Positions 59,801-64,000 of a DNA stretch of 64,000 nucleotides are shown here, one piece after another; the first letter of the stretch is position 1; every line of letters begins with the position of its first letter. Below the pieces are notes generated by a model, which saw only the letters and a program-made list of their open reading frames with translations, did no database searches and was not told the origin of the DNA. Origin of the DNA: an uncultured virus (IMG/VR IMGVR_UViG_3300044634_002018) (lineage: Duplodnaviria; Heunggongvirae; Uroviricota; Caudoviricetes). A program made the translations under genes and the position numbers. Location of the stretch: IMG/VR virus record IMGVR_UViG_3300044634_002018; one strand, 5' to 3'.

Positions 59801-62800
59801 CTGGTCAAGTTCTTAAATGGAATGGAACTGCATGGATTCCTCAAAACGATAATGTAGGTTCTGTTACTACTAATAATTTATTAGGGACAGATCGAATAGA
59901 TGTAGTAAATGGTACAGGAGCAATTCTAGGTGCTTCCCCTGTTACTATTGATGTTATAGAATCAGGATTAAATTCTTCAAGTATTCTCATTACAGATACA
60001 GGAGGTTATTTTACCATAGATAATATCAATGCTGCTCTCCAGCAGTTAGGTGCTAACAACCATGCACCTTTGACTGTCACAGACGGAACTATAATTGATT
60101 TTACTCTCACGGGACAAAACTTAACCGCCACGATTTTATCAGGTTCTATAACTAACACAGATTTAGCAGCATCAGGAGCCACTACTAATCAGGTTCTGGC
60201 TTTTAACGGAACTAACTGGGTTCCAACAACACCTAGTTCTGGTATTACTGACCTTTCAGTTGCCAATAGAACTACAACCACTTTAGATGTTTTATCCAAC
60301 ACAGGCACAGACGCTACAATTCCTGCCGCTACTAATCTCTTAGCAGGTTTGATGATAAGTGCAGATAAAGCAAAATCAGATTTTATTACTGTTACACAAG
60401 CAGTAGATTTAGATGCTATTGAATTAAGTAGTCACTCACCAGTAACAAAAACAGGAGCAAGTTATCTTAGTCTTTCTGGTCAAGCACTTACTGCTAATCT
60501 TATTGGTGCTGGTGATCTATCTAGTATGGGAGCAGCATCAGATCAGGTTATGAAATGGAATGGTGCCACTTGGATTCCAACTTCCTTGCCAACAGATTCT
60601 TTATATAAAGTTAGCACTGTTTCAAGTTTTTCTAATTCAGCAATTTACAGTAAATGGGAAACAGGTCGAGTCGTTTCAACAGACGGATTCTATACTTCTG
60701 GAGATAATGGCGGAGCAAATTACATTATAGAAGCAAGTGGAACAGTTGATAATATCGTTATATTTGCTGTTGGCTCACGGAGGGCAAGGTTGCTACCAAA
60801 TACCGATGGGGGCGTTAATTTCTTCCAATTGGGTTGCATCAAAAACGACGCAATTGCAGACGACGAAAGATTGCAAAAAGGGATAGATGTGTTTAACAAT
60901 ATATATTGCTTTGACAACACTGCAAAGTTTATCTTTTCTAAACCGCTTGAATTAAAAAGTAATACAAAAATACAACTAGGTAGATCCACAACAATTGAAA
61001 AGAATAACGATTGGGCTGCCTTGATGTTGTGGAATGACGGAGAGAATAACAGTCGAGCCCCAGACTCAAATATTGTAATATTGGGTGGAATATGGGATAA
61101 ACAATCACCTCCGGGAGAAACTTACACTTTTGGTACATTTAATCCATCTTCTTATAGTGGAGCACTTGTCGATTATGGCTTTTGTTTTACAAACTGCAAG
61201 AACTTGCGGGTAGAGAACTTGTCTGTTTTAAATTGTTCAAAATACGCTATGAGTCTCAATGAACAAGTAAAACCGTATATTCATAACATTTACTTGGATA
61301 GTTACTCTGACGGTATTGATTTTATCGGCAAAAGCGAAGACATTGTAATTGATGGAGTTACAGGGAGAACACACGACGATTTTGTTGGGATTTTCGCTAC
61401 GGCATGGACAACAAATATTATTGGTACGATGGGGAATATTAATAATGTTTCCATAAGCAATATTTATCCAGACGATAACACTACTTCAAATACAATTGTA
61501 ATAGGTGCTGGTAACAACGGGGGAGTGCCTTATACCATTAGCAATGTCAATATAACGAATGTATCTAGTAGCAGAACTAATAACCCTACAATAAAAGTTG
61601 CTCAGTATGGGGTAGTTGGTGACCCTCTTACTGAAACATTAACAGGAGGCGTAGTAAATGGGATGAATATATCTAATATTACTGCTGGTGTCGGCGCAGC
61701 GGCTATAATCGAAATGGGTATAGACACGATAAAGAATGTAAACATTTCTAATGTTTTGTTTAAAAATAGCCGTCCTTCCGCAGGTATAATCATAAATGAC
61801 GGGTATCTGGATAATATAAACATATCTAATTACGTAGCAGAGACAACAACAAACGGTTTGTATATTGCCGATTCCGTAAATATAAAGAACATCTCATTTT
61901 CTGATTGTAACATAACAGTTAATGCTACAAATAAATCAGCATTTACAATAGAGAATGACACCTGTTCTTTCCTTATTGACAATTGCGTTTTTAGGACTAA
62001 TGGTACTTCCGACAATGCGGCGTTGTTACTAAAGGGAAAAGATAATCGTTACGGGATTTCAAATACAAGATTTTTCAACGCTAATCAGGCAATAAATGAC
62101 TTTGGTGCAAGAGACACTTTTTTAGTATCAAATGTAGTATTTAACACGCCCATTGGCATCTATTCTGGTAGTGCCAGTTCTTCTACAATAATAAAAGCAA
62201 GTACTTATTCGCACAACAGTACAGATGTCCCTAAAAAAACCTTTTTGCGCGGTAGTGTAAATTTCCCTGTATTGCAAACAGGGAATGACGAAAATTTATT
62301 TGAAGTTACAACATCTATTAGCATTTACGATATTCCTATTGAAATGCCAATCGGAACGACTTATCGTATTACAAATAGCAACACTGTTCCGATTGTAATA
62401 GCACTGAGTGGTTCAGAAGTCTTCGCGTCAGGATCGAATAATTTTTTTTTGCCTTCAAATGCAACAGTTACGGCAAAAAGGTTTTCTAATACTCTATGGC
62501 GAATAGTAGGCTCTGGGACAAGCGAGAACTTTTTACCAACTGGGGTCTCAGGCCAAACTCTTAGTTATGATGCAAGTAATCGAATTATTGCTAACAATCA
62601 ATTGGAAAATACTTCTGGCAGCCTTAAAACAAATGTGCGCCTGACCACGCAATCTGGCATTACAGCTAATAATATGGGTGAAAATATTATTATAACCTCA
62701 GACGGAACCACTGGGAATAATGGTGTTTTATACGGAACCGTTGGCGGTGCTTTCTCTTTATCTAATCAGGCCAAAACGAGAGAGCTTTTAAATACGTCCA

Positions 62801-64000
62801 CAGGTTGGAATTTTATAGGGAATGTAGGTCATGGTATATTGGCCCCCTTAGCCCCTATTCATATAAAATCTTCATCCAACCCAAATGCTATAATAGAGTT
62901 CGATGGTTTTGGTACCATTGCCTCTCCGGGATTACCCGCTCTTAAATTCAAGGCAGGTACATTCGATGGAGCAAGGATTGAGACAGACTTTAGATTCAAT
63001 TCTGGAGTCAACTACACCTCTTTGCGGTTTTGGGTCAACAACTCGTCTGGAACCCTACAAAATAAATTCACGATGAATGGGCAAAATGGATGGTTTGGTA
63101 TTGGAGTAATTGACCCTACGGCAGCATTAGATGTCATTGGTGATGTTAAGTCTGATTCATGGGTATCAGCAGGTAACAGGCTTTTATTCGCAAACTCAAC
63201 GGGTGTTGCAAACGAAACCTCAATAGATCCAGCCCACGTATTAGTTATTGGCTCTGCTTACGGAGGTGATGTGTTTGGCACTTATGATAATTTGCAATTA
63301 GATACTGCTGTTGTTGAAACTATTAATATTGCAGATGATGCTATTACACAGGATAAGATAGCAAATGACGCTGTTGGCTCTGCTCAAATTGCTAACTCAG
63401 CAGTAGGTAGTTCTGAGATTATAAACGGTAGTGTTGGAGCATTAGACCTTGCTGCGCAGTCTGCAACAGTTGGACAAGTTTTAACTTATGCAGGAGCAGG
63501 TATAGGTTGGACACCAGCAACACCTTCTGGTGGCGGGGGTGGCGGTTCATTACCAACTGGTACAAGCACTCAGACTTTAAGATATGACGCAACTAATACC
63601 ATAGTTGCTACAAGTCAAATTCAAGCAGATACTACTGTTGGTATAGGTGGAGCAGCAGCATCTGATGAACTTACGATTTACGGAACAACTAAATCAATAG
63701 GATCGCTCAAAATAGAAGGCACTGGATTAAACTCTGGAGTTTGGGTTACTAATACTACTCCAATCACGGGAATCACTTGGTATATGTTACAAGATAATAG
63801 TGGATTTTTATACTTTCAAGAATCAGCGGGGAATACTGTACCATTGATTTTAAGAGGTAATCTAGTTGAAACTACAAACACTTTGGTAAAAGACGCTATC
63901 TATAAAGACATAACAACCGTAACGGGCATTACAACATATCAAGTTACTGGATTAGAAAGTTTAATTAAACTTACAACAGGTATAGACCTTACAACAATAA
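56887..64000 (+). CDS. Giant fibre/adhesin (>2370 aa, 3'-truncated) with N-terminal signal peptide and internal beta-helix depolymerase-like domain; absent from the ORF track
   Basis: Translated by hand: ATG 56887, no in-frame stop to 64000; begins MKNLIIVLFVFLGLSLKA-QTVY; repeated GQVLxWxGxxWxP units; parallel beta-helix at about 60640-62250. Confidence 0.88.
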   Translation, partial: MKNLIIVLFVFLGLSLKAQTVYSSFAGYGTVTNITGTGPSFDLTISSFVGNPRFEPNGQYFASDVTTGDVLWVNCTRLPITFVGVTSASSMVITVNAPGVDWALGISGPSINQRVAIVSEESGLPFLPQTGDGNSGTISGISSDLYTCMLNHYQKALLTTYNPVNEIVDYVGITNVAPATDPTLYTGQLWKNSVGQLYRSNGVSWINDGYTLNTSTEFAGNGTLATPLKLAQQSATTGQTLKWDGTKWTPANDNVGSVVTANLTGTSKVTVTNGVGAVLGASNVVLDVNEANLNSGLIPIIDIGNYFPNDNVNAALQVLGAASQPGVTKLGPTIAPSGPNGGLISNDTLYLAPADDIYKGVIRLAGDLDLPANAPVVTGFYGRDLVSTAPTDGQVYAWNSTLSRWVPTTPSAGGLTDLSIANRTANNLDVVSSTGTDATLPFATNLLAGLLTGGDKAKLDTLNNQSISAGTGISVLRTGQNYQVTNTGDLSNTNELQTISYSAPTITLSNGGGSFNIPQGTVTNVSATPSNGITTTINNPGTTPELVIGLGAITPTSVNASGTIAGSNLSGTNTGDNSPNSLYSGLVTNQPANLSVTGTASPLTLNSSDGTDVTISGGAGVGLVGTSSSIQIVNTLPENTTILDGTTIDLTQTGGQITAEIKQQGATSGQVLSWDGSNWSPSTPSSGVTDLSVSNRTTTTLDVLSNTGADATLPFATNLLAGLLVADDKTKLDNITVTSPVNLNTLATNSHVPVTITGETYITLAGQVLTANQINSTNIANGTILYADINQNGATNNQSFRWNGSAWVNYTTVTSLTATPSTVNVGLDFNAGAASGPVILAANASRAGVLTAALWSKLDTLNNQRVLAGTGIGVVKVGQDYTVTNNAPDQTVTITGATGTYPNFTLPTVDGSETKVNSGTNISVTGAGTIASPYVVNNSAPESTTVTDGTTINLTKTGNDITAELQQQSATTGQVLKWNGTAWIPQNDNVGSVTTNNLLGTDRIDVVNGTGAILGASPVTIDVIESGLNSSSILITDTGGYFTIDNINAALQQLGANNHAPLTVTDGTIIDFTLTGQNLTATILSGSITNTDLAASGATTNQVLAFNGTNWVPTTPSSGITDLSVANRTTTTLDVLSNTGTDATIPAATNLLAGLMISADKAKSDFITVTQAVDLDAIELSSHSPVTKTGASYLSLSGQALTANLIGAGDLSSMGAASDQVMKWNGATWIPTSLPTDSLYKVSTVSSFSNSAIYSKWETGRVVSTDGFYTSGDNGGANYIIEASGTVDNIVIFAVGSRRARLLPNTDGGVNFFQLGCIKNDAIADDERLQKGIDVFNNIYCFDNTAKFIFSKPLELKSNTKIQLGRSTTIEKNNDWAALMLWNDGENNSRAPDSNIVILGGIWDKQSPPGETYTFGTFNPSSYSGALVDYGFCFTNCKNLRVENLSVLNCSKYAMSLNEQVKPYIHNIYLDSYSDGIDFIGKSEDIVIDGVTGRTHDDFVGIFATAWTTNIIGTMGNINNVSISNIYPDDNTTSNTIVIGAGNNGGVPYTISNVNITNVSSSRTNNPTIKVAQYGVVGDPLTETLTGGVVNGMNISNITAGVGAAAIIEMGIDTIKNVNISNVLFKNSRPSAGIIINDGYLDNINISNYVAETTTNGLYIADSVNIKNISFSDCNITVNATNKSAFTIENDTCSFLIDNCVFRTNGTSDNAALLLKGKDNRYGISNTRFFNANQAINDFGARDTFLVSNVVFNTPIGIYSGSASSSTIIKASTYSHNSTDVPKKTFLRGSVNFPVLQTGNDENLFEVTTSISIYDIPIEMPIGTTYRITNSNTVPIVIALSGSEVFASGSNNFFLPSNATVTAKRFSNTLWRIVGSGTSENFLPTGVSGQTLSYDASNRIIANNQLENTSGSLKTNVRLTTQSGITANNMGENIIITSDGTTGNNGVLYGTVGGAFSLSNQAKTRELLNTSTGWNFIGNVGHGILAPLAPIHIKSSSNPNAIIEFDGFGTIASPGLPALKFKAGTFDGARIETDFRFNSGVNYTSLRFWVNNSSGTLQNKFTMNGQNGWFGIGVIDPTAALDVIGDVKSDSWVSAGNRLLFANSTGVANETSIDPAHVLVIGSAYGGDVFGTYDNLQLDTAVVETINIADDAITQDKIANDAVGSAQIANSAVGSSEIINGSVGALDLAAQSATVGQVLTYAGAGIGWTPATPSGGGGGGSLPTGTSTQTLRYDATNTIVATSQIQADTTVGIGGAAASDELTIYGTTKSIGSLKIEGTGLNSGVWVTNTTPITGITWYMLQDNSGFLYFQESAGNTVPLILRGNLVETTNTLVKDAIYKDITTVTGITTYQVTGLESLIKLTTGIDLTTI
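57586..63520 (+). repeat. Protein-level repeats in the giant fibre: 8 copies of (S/G)ATxGQVLxWxGxxWxP-like and 3 copies of TDLSxxNRTxxxLDVxSxTGxDATxPxATNLLAGL
   Basis: Short unit near 57586, 58050, 58879, 59263, 59791, 60175, 60529 and 63460; long unit near 58132, 58951 and 60247. Confidence 0.85.

Larger units (their letters stand above)
1..64000. mobile_element. crAss-like (Crassvirales-type) bacteriophage genome segment: packaging, head, tail, cargo/RNAP and fibre modules
   Basis: Gene order TerL-portal-scaffold-MCP-conserved structural genes, IHF-like/ring/muzzle genes and three giant proteins including a DxDxD RNA polymerase matches the crAss-like layout; Bacteroidota-type TAnnTTTG promoter elements and AT-rich, SD-less gene starts. 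Confidence 0.93.

Noticed and set aside
2362..62015. The many 60-150 aa minus-strand ORFs and short alternate-frame plus-strand ORFs in the track
   Set aside because: They lie wholly within long plus-strand genes and read as antisense or frame shadows with no motifs
57586..63520. CRISPR array or DGR template/variable repeat pair in the repetitive fibre region
   Set aside because: Repeats are in-frame, degenerate at synonymous positions and irregularly spaced; no adenine-specific mismatch pattern noticed and no reverse transcriptase or cas genes in the window
1..64000. Stop-codon reassignment (TAG or TGA), known in some crAss-like phages
   Set aside because: Genes are full length under code 11, including the giant ORFs; TAG ends the genes at 1819 and 11180 and TGA ends others
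56887..64000. Apparent 7-kb gene-free region in the ORF track
   Set aside because: It is one open frame from ATG 56887 running off the window end, so the track omitted it
1..64000. tRNA, rRNA or integrase genes
   Set aside because: No cloverleaf or rRNA-like segment seen in the few short intergenic gaps and no recombinase motifs; a tRNAscan run would be needed to exclude tRNAs formally

Overview
The whole window is one continuous segment of a crAss-like (Crassvirales-type) podophage genome that very likely infects a Bacteroidota host. It uses the standard genetic code and is almost entirely + strand. Gene order from left to right: a divergent-promoter intergenic region (~30-560); a cluster of small accessory genes (HD/DUF5662-like, HExxH protein, Zn-finger, two tandem DUF2829/Tad2-like paralogs, DUF1573-like, PD-(D/E)XK nuclease); terminase large subunit interrupted by a class-3-type LAGLIDADG intein; portal; scaffold-like protein; major capsid protein; Cys-rich structural proteins; a metallophosphoesterase; an IHF-like protein; ring and muzzle tail proteins; an operon of packaged/ejected cargo proteins ending in three giant proteins, one of them the virion RNA polymerase (DYDYD motif, C-terminal SLOG-like domain); then fibre genes. 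The last ORF (56887 to the window end, >2370 aa) is missing from the ORF track; it starts with a Sec-type signal peptide and carries an internal beta-helix depolymerase-like domain. Most notable observations: (1) the three giant ejected proteins are nearly Cys-free, yet cysteines sit at their facing termini, suggesting a head-to-tail disulfide chain; (2) a free-standing degenerate Hint-like gene is translationally coupled into the first junction; (3) the giant fibre has a signal peptide; (4) tandem Tad2-like sponges; (5) genome-wide avoidance of CCWGG and AGCT. All family assignments come from motifs and gene order read by eye; no searches were run.
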